From Rubripirellula sp. (GTDB lineage: Bacteria; Planctomycetota; Planctomycetia; Pirellulales; Pirellulaceae): a stretch of DNA of 64,000 nucleotides. The notes below the pieces were generated by a model. The model was not told the DNA's origin, did not search any database, and was given only the letters and a program-made list of their open reading frames with translations. The stretch is taken from positions 2,176,001-2,240,000 of the forward strand of contig OZ244207.1 of assembly GCA_965216875.1 (NCBI GenBank), read 5' to 3'. Shown piece after piece: positions 29,453 through 39,088 of this stretch; positions within the stretch are counted from its first letter, which is position 1; the number at the start of each line of letters is the position of its first letter. Made by a program: the position numbers and the translations under genes.

Positions 29453-31873
29453 TTATGGCTTTCCGACCAGGAAACTCCACATTCGCTTGGACTCAACGCG
29501 CCAGCTGATCCAATCACTTCCAGTTTGCGACTGTGCCGTCGTTACCCGATGCCCGCCGTCCTTGAGCATTTTTGCCGCCGCCTGCGATTGCCCGGCCATG
29601 TCCCAGTTCTCTGACGGATTGCGAAAATCGTAGTCACTCCACTGGACCAAGACGTCGCAACGGTCCTTGGGGATATTCGCGAGCTGGTTGATCACTGGAT
29701 GCAACATCTCAAACGCAAAGGGCGAGAAACAGCCGATCTTCCCGACTTGATCACTCGACGGAAGCGTCGCCATCAACGACAGCGTCGCTCCAAACCCACC
29801 ACTCATACTTGCGCGGTCCACCCGATTCTTCGAAATCCGATAGTCCTTTTCGATCTTCGGCAACAACTCTCCGGCAAACATCTCGGCGTAACCGGCCGGA
29901 GGGATCATCGGATAGAACCTGTAGCCAACAAAAACGACGACCGCAGGACGAATCTGCTTGGCCTGGATCAAATGATCGACGACAGACACCTGATGCCCCG
30001 ATTCGATCGCAACATCGCCGTCATGCACATACACAACCGGATACTCGTCGTCCGATTCGTCATAACCAGGCGGAAGGTAGACGGACACGCCCACGTTGCG
30101 GTTCATTTTCTCGCTCTTCAGGTCCCACTTCTCGAGACGCCCGGCAAGCTTTTGTCTCTGTGAATCAACAAACTGTTCGTCGCTCGCAACAACATTCCCT
30201 TTATCGAACCACGACATCATCAAAACGTCCGCTGGCCCCAAGAAATTCGGCTCCATCTCTCCGGTAAGGATCGAGCTCTTCACCTGATTCGGGTTCGTCG
30301 GGTCAATTTGCGGCTTGTAGTCTGCGTAGAAGGTGTAGGACAACCGTGTGCTCTTGGGCACTTCGATTCCGAAGTAGAAGAGGTTGGTCCCCTCAACACG
30401 ATTCATCGCCCGTTCCTGACGCACCCCAAACCACTCGCACCCTAATGCTACGTCTTGGTGATCACCTTGGAAAACGAAGTGCACATAGTCGCCCTCAATC
30501 AAAGGGGTCTGTTGGTTGGCGAGGAAAGCGTCAATCAGCTCCTGTTTGTCCTCTGCGGCTTCGACCTTCTTGATGAAAGCGGCGAACTTGGGTCCAAGTA
30601 CAGAGTCATTGGCAGCGACTTTCGATTCGCCACCACCGGGCGCAACGTCGACACGCGCGATCGCACCGAGACTGCGCAAGTAGACCGAGCGCCCTGCAAT
30701 CGTCGGGAGCGCCCAGAGCAATCCATCCGAATCATCACCTTTGGTTTCAAACACTTCGGTTGCCGCAACTTCAGCAAAACCATCCTCATTGACGTCGCCG
30801 ATATGCAACGAACCGTCCATCGTTGCGGAAACCAAACGCCCAGCCATGGTTGCAAGAAAGCCGTTTCCTGGTTTCCGAGTTCGCCACAACCGATCTCCGG
30901 TCTCTGGATCAACGGCAACGAGAAAACGGGACGAATACGAACAGAGCAGGCCGCCGGAAACGACAGGCACGCAATAGGTGTTGCGAATATCACGGGTCGA
31001 CCATTTTTCCGTGTAACCGTCACCTGCAACGGAATAGATTGTCGAACCATCTTCGCGATCGTTCAAAAAGACCTCGTTCTTGGAAACGGGTACCGGGATC
31101 GCGACCCAACCACCGATTCCCTCAGCACCCCCATGCGATTGTTGCCAAAGGATCTTCCCTGCCTTGTGATCAATCGCGATGGTTTGCGTGTTGCCGGTAG
31201 CAAGCAGGCCCGGCCTTCCATCGAACTCGTACGGAATGACGGTTTGAAACGCCGCCGTGTCGCTTCCAAGTTTCCATTTCAGATCGCCGCTACTGGCATC
31301 GTAGGCAACAATCGCAGCTTCAGGTGCACCCGCCGCAACCACCACCATCCCGTCATGAACGATCGGCGATGCCCCGAACCCGTAGAAGTTCGGCTGCGAA
31401 CCCAATTCTTTCTGTAAGTTGTGATGCCACACATCGGCACCGTCACCGAGAGAAAACGCGTTCAAGTCACCAAAGGGCGAAAGATGGAAAACGAGATCTC
31501 CGCTAACGGCGGGGGTCGCTATTGGTCCATCAAATGAACCATTGGCACCCTTCATCATCTTGCCTGTCTTTGCACGCCAGACTTCGTCGCCTGTCTTTGC
31601 ATCGAGCGCTACGACGTATTCAGTTTCGGAGGGCACATCGGCCATTGCCGAGATGACCTTGTCGCCCGCTGTGACCACACCCGAATAGCCGCTCCCAAAA
31701 TCACGTTTCCAGACGACCTTCAGCTCGAGCGGCCCCGAGCCAAGTGCGGAATCGGTGACCGACGCAGAACCATCAAACCTTGGCCCGCGAATCGACTGCC
31801 ATTCCTCTCCAGAGCACTGCGCCGATACGAATGACGCAACCGAAAGAACCGTCAACAGAATCTTCTTGTTCAT
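29453..31873 (-). CDS. PQQ-like beta-propeller fused to a CBM48-like and an esterase-like (alpha/beta hydrolase) domain
   Basis: Signal peptide MNKKILL, WQSIRGPRFDG, ATPAV, ASPIV; C-terminal VSVYLPPGYD..YPVVYVHDG as in enterochelin esterase-like proteins. Confidence 0.85.
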   Translation of the reverse strand: MNKKILLTVLSVASFVSAQCSGEEWQSIRGPRFDGSASVTDSALGSGPLELKVVWKRDFGSGYSGVVTAGDKVISAMADVPSETEYVVALDAKTGDEVWRAKTGKMMKGANGSFDGPIATPAVSGDLVFHLSPFGDLNAFSLGDGADVWHHNLQKELGSQPNFYGFGASPIVHDGMVVVAAGAPEAAIVAYDASSGDLKWKLGSDTAAFQTVIPYEFDGRPGLLATGNTQTIAIDHKAGKILWQQSHGGAEGIGGWVAIPVPVSKNEVFLNDREDGSTIYSVAGDGYTEKWSTRDIRNTYCVPVVSGGLLCSYSSRFLVAVDPETGDRLWRTRKPGNGFLATMAGRLVSATMDGSLHIGDVNEDGFAEVAATEVFETKGDDSDGLLWALPTIAGRSVYLRSLGAIARVDVAPGGGESKVAANDSVLGPKFAAFIKKVEAAEDKQELIDAFLANQQTPLIEGDYVHFVFQGDHQDVALGCEWFGVRQERAMNRVEGTNLFYFGIEVPKSTRLSYTFYADYKPQIDPTNPNQVKSSILTGEMEPNFLGPADVLMMSWFDKGNVVASDEQFVDSQRQKLAGRLEKWDLKSEKMNRNVGVSVYLPPGYDESDDEYPVVYVHDGDVAIESGHQVSVVDHLIQAKQIRPAVVVFVGYRFYPMIPPAGYAEMFAGELLPKIEKDYRISKNRVDRASMSGGFGATLSLMATLPSSDQVGKIGCFSPFAFEMLHPVINQLANIPKDRCDVLVQWSDYDFRNPSENWDMAGQSQAAAKMLKDGGHRVTTAQSQTGSDWISWRVESKRMWSFLVGKP

Positions 31874-32079
31874 GGATGCAACCGCTTTGAAGAGTGAGTC
31901 AAGCAGAAAGAGAAGCGCCAGCTCGAAACCACAGTCCGAGCCGGAAGCGTATTCTTGCCTCAAGTGGGCAAACGCACAACGACACTCGCTACCGCGAACG
32001 GTCGTTTGTTCAAAAGAACACAAAGGGTTTCGCATCCGCAGTGAATCACGCCACGAAACGCGATCTGTCGGAGCGTGAT

Positions 32080-33513
32080 TCAGTCCTTGGTTGCAGTGTA
32101 GGCGTATCGGTTATTGACCGACGGATCGAAAAGCCCCGCGTTGTTCCACGGTTTCATTTCCTCTGCAACCGCCTCAACAATGCGATCAGACGAATCTCGC
32201 GAACGAAGCAACTTGCAACACCGCTGCACAGCACCAACAAAAGCTTCATCATCGGCGTTCCAAAGATGGCTCGGTTCATCGCCGACAAGGATCCTCTCCT
32301 CGCATGCAATGGCACCCGCAAAGTAGATCATGCAGCTGGCCGTAAAGCGTTTAAAGTCATCCATCGTCTCGTACGCAGTAGCGACCAATCGGTCGAGCAA
32401 ACGAGACTCCTCGGCGATTGCGTTACGATAACCTGCAATCTCAGGTTCGCCGCCTGCATCAAGCACAAGCTTCGCCACGCGTGACACACCGGATAGTGCA
32501 TGCGCGATCCCTGTGCTGTGAAGTGGATCGATGGTCACGGCCGCCGTTGGCAACATGATGGCTCGGTTGTGAACCACCGGGTCATAGAGACGCTGCAATC
32601 GCGTCGTCACCCTCGGTTCATCTCTGGGAAAGACAACCGAGGCGTTCTCAAATAGCGTCCTAAGCGACGGGAATCGATCAAAGTCAAGCGACAGCGGCAC
32701 GTCATTTGCCGAAGTCATCCCCACGCTCGTGATGTTGTTATCAAGACGAAGCATCCAAATCCAACTGCGGTCGCCGATGAGATGATGCTGCGCCGCCGCG
32801 TCGCAATCAAATGGGTCTGATGCAGTATCGATTCCCGCTCCCGCGAGGGCTTCCCGCCATGATCCAAGATTCTCGTAGTGCGCGAAAACGGAACGTGTGT
32901 TGGTTTCCAACTCAAGTTGCAGCCGGCCAGCAAGTCGAGCCATCACGTTCCCTTGCCCGGACGCATCGATGATCCAATCGGCCGCGATCTTTTCCGTTCC
33001 TTCGGTCCTGTTCTCAAGACGCAAGCGGTTTTCTCCGATCGACGAGTCCTCATCGACGCACCAGCCCGACCAATCGATCGCACCGGCCGAAATCGCCTGA
33101 TCAAACAGCCAATGGTCCACCTCACTTCGATACCAATGTGTATCCGAAGATTCCTGCGAGGCACTCGCTGCCACCAACAAACTGCTGCAATGTTCGGCGC
33201 TATCGTCAAAAGGCTTGCCAGGTGCGTGTACGAAATAGCTGAACCCGCGTTTTGCGCCACACGTGATGTTTGGCAAGTCACGTTTCCAACGCCCGTACGT
33301 CGCCATCGAAACGAGTTCGTCGATGCCGTATTGCTGACCAAGCCGGCGCAACATCAAATCCGCGATCGGCGTGGACGACTCTCCGATTGCAAATCGCGGA
33401 TGGTGCTGGGCATCGATCAAAGCAACGCGGCGGCCTTTTTTCGCAAGGATCCAAGCCAATATCGATCCAGAGAAACCCGAGCCAATGATCGCGATGTCAA
33501 ACACTTTCGACAT
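32080..33513 (-). CDS. Flavin-dependent halogenase-like oxidoreductase
   Basis: IIGSGFSG FAD motif, HPRFAIGESSTP, CGAKRGF, WIWMLRL (WxWxIP-like), IDPLHSTG. Confidence 0.8.
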   Translation of the reverse strand: MSKVFDIAIIGSGFSGSILAWILAKKGRRVALIDAQHHPRFAIGESSTPIADLMLRRLGQQYGIDELVSMATYGRWKRDLPNITCGAKRGFSYFVHAPGKPFDDSAEHCSSLLVAASASQESSDTHWYRSEVDHWLFDQAISAGAIDWSGWCVDEDSSIGENRLRLENRTEGTEKIAADWIIDASGQGNVMARLAGRLQLELETNTRSVFAHYENLGSWREALAGAGIDTASDPFDCDAAAQHHLIGDRSWIWMLRLDNNITSVGMTSANDVPLSLDFDRFPSLRTLFENASVVFPRDEPRVTTRLQRLYDPVVHNRAIMLPTAAVTIDPLHSTGIAHALSGVSRVAKLVLDAGGEPEIAGYRNAIAEESRLLDRLVATAYETMDDFKRFTASCMIYFAGAIACEERILVGDEPSHLWNADDEAFVGAVQRCCKLLRSRDSSDRIVEAVAEEMKPWNNAGLFDPSVNNRYAYTATKD

Positions 33514-33515
33514 GC

Positions 33516-34385
33516 CTAGTGGGTCCCTTGCGTGACGTTGCGACGCTTCACTTGCTCAAGCAAGGCGGTGTTTCCGTCGTTCGAAGCAATATCCCAAACA
33601 TCTACCGTCACAAAGCAGCGTCCACGCATTTCAATTTGGCAATCGACTTGCAACTGTGCCAGTTCTTCAAGGGACACTTCGGGAAGCTCTGCGGCGCGGC
33701 CGTTCCAACCGTGACCCGCCCTTGCTGGAATCAAACTGACGTGGCGCGCGCCCATTGCCGCCGCATGCCGCACCGAAACTTTGGCCCAGCGAACGGACGC
33801 GTCAACGCTCTGGCCAGGCATGCCGACGATCAGGAAGACGCGTAACGCAATCGCTTCACTTTGCAGCCATTTGGCGAACTGATCAAAGTCATCCCGAGTC
33901 ATTTTCTTCGCGAGCCGGGAAAGCCAACGGGGTTGAACCGTCTCCAGCCCGACCGCGATCTCCAACGGCGCTTCGATCATGTCACGAAACCCCAGGATCA
34001 AATCGCGGCCAATCTTGGGATGGTTCTCGACCACGATTCGGCCAAATCCTTGGCAAAATTGAGCAATCGCTGCGTAGTCGCGAGGCGGAATACTTCGTGG
34101 ATCGAAAAAGTTGCCACTGTTGTAGAGTTTCAACCAATTAGCCGATCGGCTCGCCAACTCGGCTGCTTCCAATTGCCGCGGCACGGCCCCTGCGGGAGTT
34201 GAATCCTCAAGGGTATGCTGCCACAGATCGCACATATTGCATCCGATCGGGCACTCCGACACGGTCAAAAAGACGGTCGTCGCGGCAACACCGTCGGCTG
34301 TCCCATCCGGCTCCCGTTCGTCAATCACCGCGTAGGGGCGATCGGCCGAAAGTGTGCGTCGGGCAGGCGGATTTTTCGGCGGCAT
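33516..34385 (-). CDS. Radical SAM protein, RaSEA/TIGR01210-like
   Basis: CPIGCNMC (CxxxCxxC), KLYNSGNFFD, VENHP, LEIAVGLET. Start may be 34406. 2-bp gap to the halogenase-like gene. Confidence 0.85.
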   Translation of the reverse strand: MPPKNPPARRTLSADRPYAVIDEREPDGTADGVAATTVFLTVSECPIGCNMCDLWQHTLEDSTPAGAVPRQLEAAELASRSANWLKLYNSGNFFDPRSIPPRDYAAIAQFCQGFGRIVVENHPKIGRDLILGFRDMIEAPLEIAVGLETVQPRWLSRLAKKMTRDDFDQFAKWLQSEAIALRVFLIVGMPGQSVDASVRWAKVSVRHAAAMGARHVSLIPARAGHGWNGRAAELPEVSLEELAQLQVDCQIEMRGRCFVTVDVWDIASNDGNTALLEQVKRRNVTQGTH

Positions 34386-34475
34386 TGTGCTAACATCATG
34401 CAACATCAAGAATTGGCGGGACCCTCGTTCCCGCAGCCTCTCATCATTCTGTTTGCTTCCCGTTTTCGCAACATC

Positions 34476-35570
34476 ATGACGTACTTCTCAAGTTTCCGAA
34501 ACTTGCTTCTTATCGGCTTTTGCGTTTGTCTGCAGGCCTTGGCGGTCGCCGACGAAGGTCCACTCGTCTTTCAGGGCGATCGCGGCCCCGGCGTCGGAAA
34601 GCATATCGTCTTTCTCGCTGGCGATCACGAATACCGCTCGGAAGAAGCACTTCCCGCGCTGGCGCGATTGATTGCCAAGCACCACGGTTTCAAATGCACC
34701 GTCTTGTTCACGGTCGATCCCAAAACGGGCGTGATCGTTCCTGGCAACAACCACATGCCACACACCGATTCGATCCGTTCTGCGGACCTCTTGGTCTTTG
34801 GCCTTCGGTTTCAAGATTTCCCAGCCGAGCAAATGCAACCGATCGTCGACTACCTCGACATGGGTGGTCCCGTTGTCGGCACGCGCACCAGCACACACGC
34901 GTTCAAGATCCCTGCCGATTCCAAGTTCGCTCGCTTTGATCACAAGTATGCGGGCGCTGAAATGAAAGGTGGTTTTGGCCGTCAAATCCTTGGTGAAACT
35001 TGGGTCAGTCACTACGGCAAGAACCACGTCATGAGTACGCGGCTCGATATCGTCGCATCACAAAAGGAACACCCTGTGCTTTGCGGCGTCAAAGATCCTT
35101 GGGTGGAAGCTGGCGGCTACTGGGTCGACCCGATGCCCAACAGCATCGTTCTTGCCAACGCGCAACCGTTGCTCGGAATGAAACCCGACTCGCCCGTCGC
35201 ACCCGACAAAGATCCTTGTCCCGGTGCTTGGGTCCGCACCTACAAGAGCACGAGCGGAAAGAACGGCCGTGTCTTCACCACCACCTATGGCGCATCAGAA
35301 GATCTCCGCAATGACGGCTTTCGACGGATGATGGTCAACGCATGCTTCTGGGCCATCGGCCTTGAATCAAAGATTGAGGCCGACTTGAACATCGCGTTTG
35401 TGGGCGACTACAACCCTTCGACCTTCTCCTTCGGCGGCCACAAGCTGGGCGTCAAGCCGCTCGACATGGCAGGCTGGGAATCGCCCATCATGGAGCCGTC
35501 CAAACCCAACGGCACGCGTCCCAAGAAGAAGGAAAAGAAAGCCAATCGAGCATCGTCCACCGGCGGCTGA
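34476..35570 (+). CDS. ThuA-like domain secreted protein
   Basis: Signal peptide, KHIVFLAGDHEYRSEE, RTSTHAF, GRVFTTTYGA. Confidence 0.85.
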   Translation: MTYFSSFRNLLLIGFCVCLQALAVADEGPLVFQGDRGPGVGKHIVFLAGDHEYRSEEALPALARLIAKHHGFKCTVLFTVDPKTGVIVPGNNHMPHTDSIRSADLLVFGLRFQDFPAEQMQPIVDYLDMGGPVVGTRTSTHAFKIPADSKFARFDHKYAGAEMKGGFGRQILGETWVSHYGKNHVMSTRLDIVASQKEHPVLCGVKDPWVEAGGYWVDPMPNSIVLANAQPLLGMKPDSPVAPDKDPCPGAWVRTYKSTSGKNGRVFTTTYGASEDLRNDGFRRMMVNACFWAIGLESKIEADLNIAFVGDYNPSTFSFGGHKLGVKPLDMAGWESPIMEPSKPNGTRPKKKEKKANRASSTGG

Positions 35571-35584
35571 TCTGGAAGCGGACT

Positions 35585-36175
35585 TCAGCGAGCTCTGATT
35601 TCCTGCAGCTTGGCGCGAAGGTCGCAGGCCCGCTCGGGGCAACGAGTCAGTCCTTCCTCAGCCAGTTCGTTTGCACGCTTCGCGTCGCCAAGATGCACCG
35701 CTAGCCGCGCGAGTGTAAGCAACTCGATGGGATGCACCGAACACTCATCAACTTCGGCAATCAGAGTTGAAAAATCATCAGGGTAGTGGCTGTATCGCTC
35801 ATAGAACGGGTACCCGAATTTGGGCCAGTGATCACAGATTGAGGAAACCGACTCCTGCATTTCTGCTTCGGTTGTTCCGTATGCCCAACCGGTCGCTGGG
35901 CCCGTAGGCGGCTCCAAACGCCCGCGAAACACGCACTCGTATTCCTTCAGTTTCTTCGCATCGGGCGTCGAGCCAGCAGGCGTCGGCAAGAACATTAGAT
36001 GTGCGCCCATATTCAAATAGCACGAAGTTCCACCGGAAGATCCTTGAACATTGAACACATGGACCACCGGATCGTCGTAGCGGCGCAGTGTCGCACCGGA
36101 ACCTCGAAAGCCTTCCGACCGGAGGAGCGGATAGAAACGCTTTGACAACAACTTGCTAAACGCTTTGAGGTCCAT
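35585..36175 (-). CDS. DUF4304-like protein
   Basis: PLLRSEGFRGSG..LRR, VFNVQGS, CYLNMG pattern. Confidence 0.65.
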   Translation of the reverse strand: MDLKAFSKLLSKRFYPLLRSEGFRGSGATLRRYDDPVVHVFNVQGSSGGTSCYLNMGAHLMFLPTPAGSTPDAKKLKEYECVFRGRLEPPTGPATGWAYGTTEAEMQESVSSICDHWPKFGYPFYERYSHYPDDFSTLIAEVDECSVHPIELLTLARLAVHLGDAKRANELAEEGLTRCPERACDLRAKLQEIRAR

Positions 36176-36177
36176 CG

Positions 36178-36822
36178 CTATCCTATCGAAAAACGCCTAC
36201 GCGTCCGCGCCGGCCGCTTTGTCCGGCACGCAACGATCGCAGTATCATCCCACAAATCGCCACTCGGCAGCCGCACCAACTCGATGCAAGCACGTGGAAT
36301 CGCATAGAAATCGGTTGTAGCGATAAGCCGTATCACCTGGTCCTGCTTCGCGTAGTTGAAAAAACCATCCGTGCCAACCAGAAGCGTGCCCTCGAGCGGA
36401 CCGTGCCAGAAGGGGGCGGGCTTGGCTGACTTCGAGCCAAGGAGTGGCTTGCGAACTTGCGTGCGTGTTAGGTCAGTGACATTGGGCCCATCAACCACCC
36501 ATGCGCAGCTGTCGCCAACGCTTGCACCAAGGATCCGGTCAGCATGAATGTCGACGATCACAGCGGTGGTCTCACCATGCGTCACCGTGAAGTCGACTTG
36601 AGCTAGAAATTTCGACCAACCGGTCGATTCATTGATCGAGGCGTACCGCAATCGTGTCTCACGAAGCAGCATTTCGGCAGCAAGATGTCCGTCACCGGTT
36701 CCACCAGCGCCATCGGCGACCACGATCAAAGTGCGGTCACCATCAACGATCACTTCAACGCGATCTTCGCAGATCTCCCGATACGCTTCGACAACCTTTG
36801 CAGTTTCAATTGATGTCACCAT
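36178..36822 (-). CDS. PP2C-family Ser/Thr protein phosphatase
   Basis: VADGAGG, SVGDS, GTDGF and DDTAI metal-binding motifs. Confidence 0.88.
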   Translation of the reverse strand: MVTSIETAKVVEAYREICEDRVEVIVDGDRTLIVVADGAGGTGDGHLAAEMLLRETRLRYASINESTGWSKFLAQVDFTVTHGETTAVIVDIHADRILGASVGDSCAWVVDGPNVTDLTRTQVRKPLLGSKSAKPAPFWHGPLEGTLLVGTDGFFNYAKQDQVIRLIATTDFYAIPRACIELVRLPSGDLWDDTAIVACRTKRPARTRRRFSIG

Positions 36823-36917
36823 TGGTATTCCAGGTTGGACGTTCAGGTGAGCGGCATCGACTCAGTTTGCAATCGTCCGCACCACCGTCATTTAGCGGAG
36901 GATCGCAACTCGCGTCG

Positions 36918-37298
36918 TTAGTCATCGTCTTCAGCTTTGCCGTCTTCTTCGTAGGTCATCCTCCGCATGACGGGCCATCAGCCTCCCATTTGACACGTCT
37001 CCATGCCGCCCCTACCTCGAACAGTCGAGCGTTACGACGTCACAAGGATCGGTTTCATGGCGTCCCTATCAACAATCAGCGTCCATCTGAGTTCATCTGC
37101 GGTAGTCGAGAATGAGCACCGAACGACGCGTCCAACCGCAAAAGTCACTGCGGGGTCCGTTGCTACTTCGCGTAAGCCCGATTCTTGCGACAGGTACTCC
37201 ATTTCAAAAGGTAGATGCAATCGGGACCTCCGCTTCCACGCGTGATCGGAGTCGGTTCCATGGCGACTCCGGTCGTGGACGCAGATTGACGCTCTCAA
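36918..37298 (-). pseudogene. Possible degraded gene remnant
   Basis: One minus frame reads protein-like through two internal stops (...MKPILVTS*RSTVRG...QMGG*WPVMRRMTYEEDGKAEDDD*). No recognisable family. Confidence 0.25.
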
Positions 37299-37304
37299 TC
37301 GAAA

Positions 37305-38042
37305 TCAAAAACAATCCCATGCGAGGGACCATTTTTTGCGCTCGCGATAGACAGCGGCAGTACCGTCATGGCCCCATTGAAAGTTTGCTTTGCTCTCACT
37401 GCCAATTTGGATTGCATAGCCACGGTAATTTAAACCGTTCTGGCACGAACAGGGCCATCCGCCCACCTTGGTTCTTGGATTGGAACTGTAATGCCGCTCC
37501 AACACGGTTGCCCAATCACTCAACGTCCAGAAACGTTCTTGCTTGGCATCATCGACCAAACCAATGAAATCGGGGTAGGAAGTGATTTCGTTGGTCACCT
37601 TTTCCCACTCAATCCGGCACGGCTTAAGGTTCGATTCGAACGGTTTGAACATCTCACTTAATCCACGCAAGCTGGGATAGGTACGCACAACCACTCCATC
37701 GCCTTCGGCGTCCAAAGGATAAACCCTTGAACCTTCGGGATTGCTACCACACGGATAGAAAACCTGAATCAGCGCAATCCCGGCGAGCTCTTTTGGACAA
37801 TAGGGCAGGTCTTTCGTCCGCACCTGAAGCAAGCCTTCGAGCGGTTCGCCATCACCGTTTTCAGGCCAGGTCGACTCCTTGCGGCCAGCGAAGACGCCAC
37901 CGAAACAAGATTCAGTCGGAAGGGTTTGTTTACGACGTTTGAGTACCGCGATGGATGCCGGCAAAAGATGACGGTCGAGCTCCGCAAAATAGTCCTCGAT
38001 AATCTGCTTGCGTTCAGTCGCCGATACTGCCCTCTTCTTCAT
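37305..38042 (-). CDS. DUF1963/YwqG-like protein
   Basis: WPENGDGEPLEGLLQV, TKVGGWP, IQIGSE..ANFQWGHDG. Confidence 0.75.
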   Translation of the reverse strand: MKKRAVSATERKQIIEDYFAELDRHLLPASIAVLKRRKQTLPTESCFGGVFAGRKESTWPENGDGEPLEGLLQVRTKDLPYCPKELAGIALIQVFYPCGSNPEGSRVYPLDAEGDGVVVRTYPSLRGLSEMFKPFESNLKPCRIEWEKVTNEITSYPDFIGLVDDAKQERFWTLSDWATVLERHYSSNPRTKVGGWPCSCQNGLNYRGYAIQIGSESKANFQWGHDGTAAVYRERKKWSLAWDCF

Positions 38043-38128
38043 GATGCAAAGGACTCCACCGAGTGATCAGGAGCGATACGACGGCCACAAGAAACACAAA
38101 AGGGCACAAGAGAGAAACAGTGGATTTG

Positions 38129-38151
38129 GTGCGTGCAAGCACACACCCTAC
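38129..38151 (-). repeat. REP family B single arm
   Basis: Reverse complement of GTAGGGTGTGTGCTTGCACGCAC. Confidence 0.85.
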
Positions 38152-38244
38152 TCGGATCAATGGAGTTTATATCGAGGATTGATCGGCGACTTTGCCGATG
38201 GATTCAGCCACAATTGAGAATGTCGGGGCATCGGCCGTCGATCG

Positions 38245-38841
38245 TCACCGTCCATACTTAGCCGGCGTGGGAATGCCGTTTTCGGCGATATCAATGTAAC
38301 GTTCCGAGTTAACGAAATCGATGATTGAGTTGCGAAGCCGATCGACCTCGCCACGGTCATCCTTCACGGACAACCCTTCGAGATCCGCCTGGGTGACCCT
38401 GCTCAGCTTTTGGATTTTTCGTACGTCATCAAGACTCAGCGGAGTCACGTCTGCTGCCTGCAAGAGCTCAATCAACTGAACTTCGTCCGTTGAGCGTACT
38501 GGAATCAGGCGTTCATTAAAGCACAATCGCCCGGGGGAGTCGGGAACATTGAGAACATATTCGCCGGTTAGCTTGATTTGGTTCAGTCGCACAACACAAC
38601 GATGCCCCGAACCACTGACACCATAAATTTCAATTGTTCCACCGTCCTGATAGTAGGCGCCGGCAACGAGCGACAGTGAGCGAACGTCCGCGATATCGAG
38701 CGCTTCATGGTGCCAAGGATCCGAAGTCTCGCTGGGCGAATCGGAACACCCAACGAAACAAAGGGTAAAACCAACGAAGAGGAGGACAGTACACGTCTCC
38801 ACACTGGCGCCACGTCGTTGGCTAGTCGCTTCGAAATTCAT
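38245..38841 (-). CDS. Hypothetical lipoprotein
   Basis: Hydrophobic stretch ending in a CFVGC lipobox-like motif. Start uncertain; the upstream part of the track ORF is REP sequence. Confidence 0.6.
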   Translation of the reverse strand: MNFEATSQRRGASVETCTVLLFVGFTLCFVGCSDSPSETSDPWHHEALDIADVRSLSLVAGAYYQDGGTIEIYGVSGSGHRCVVRLNQIKLTGEYVLNVPDSPGRLCFNERLIPVRSTDEVQLIELLQAADVTPLSLDDVRKIQKLSRVTQADLEGLSVKDDRGEVDRLRNSIIDFVNSERYIDIAENGIPTPAKYGR

Positions 38842-38875
38842 CGCTTGTGGGTCGCCAAAGGTTGCAAAATGGCAG

Positions 38876-38975
38876 GTAGGGTGTGTGCTTGCACGCACCA
38901 TCGCCGGCGCGTTCGAGCTGCCAATGCGTAAATGGGCATGAATTCGACGGCCGTGCGTGCAAGCACAAACCCTAC
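38876..38975. repeat. REP family B inverted pair (REPIN-like)
   Basis: GTAGGGTGTGTGCTTGCACGCAC ... GTGCGTGCAAGCACAAACCCTAC. Confidence 0.88.
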
Positions 38976-39088
38976 CAAAATGACCAAACGCCCAGACCGT
39001 TTGACGTGACATTCTTGTCTTGGCTCGGCATCAATCGCTAGACTCTTGCGTTTCCCGCCCGCTTTTCGAATGCCCACCGAGCCGATTG

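Noticed and set aside
38085..38118. GCCACAAGAAACACAAAAGGGCACAAGA short internal repeat
   Set aside because: Single low-complexity instance in this window, not enough to call a repeat family.
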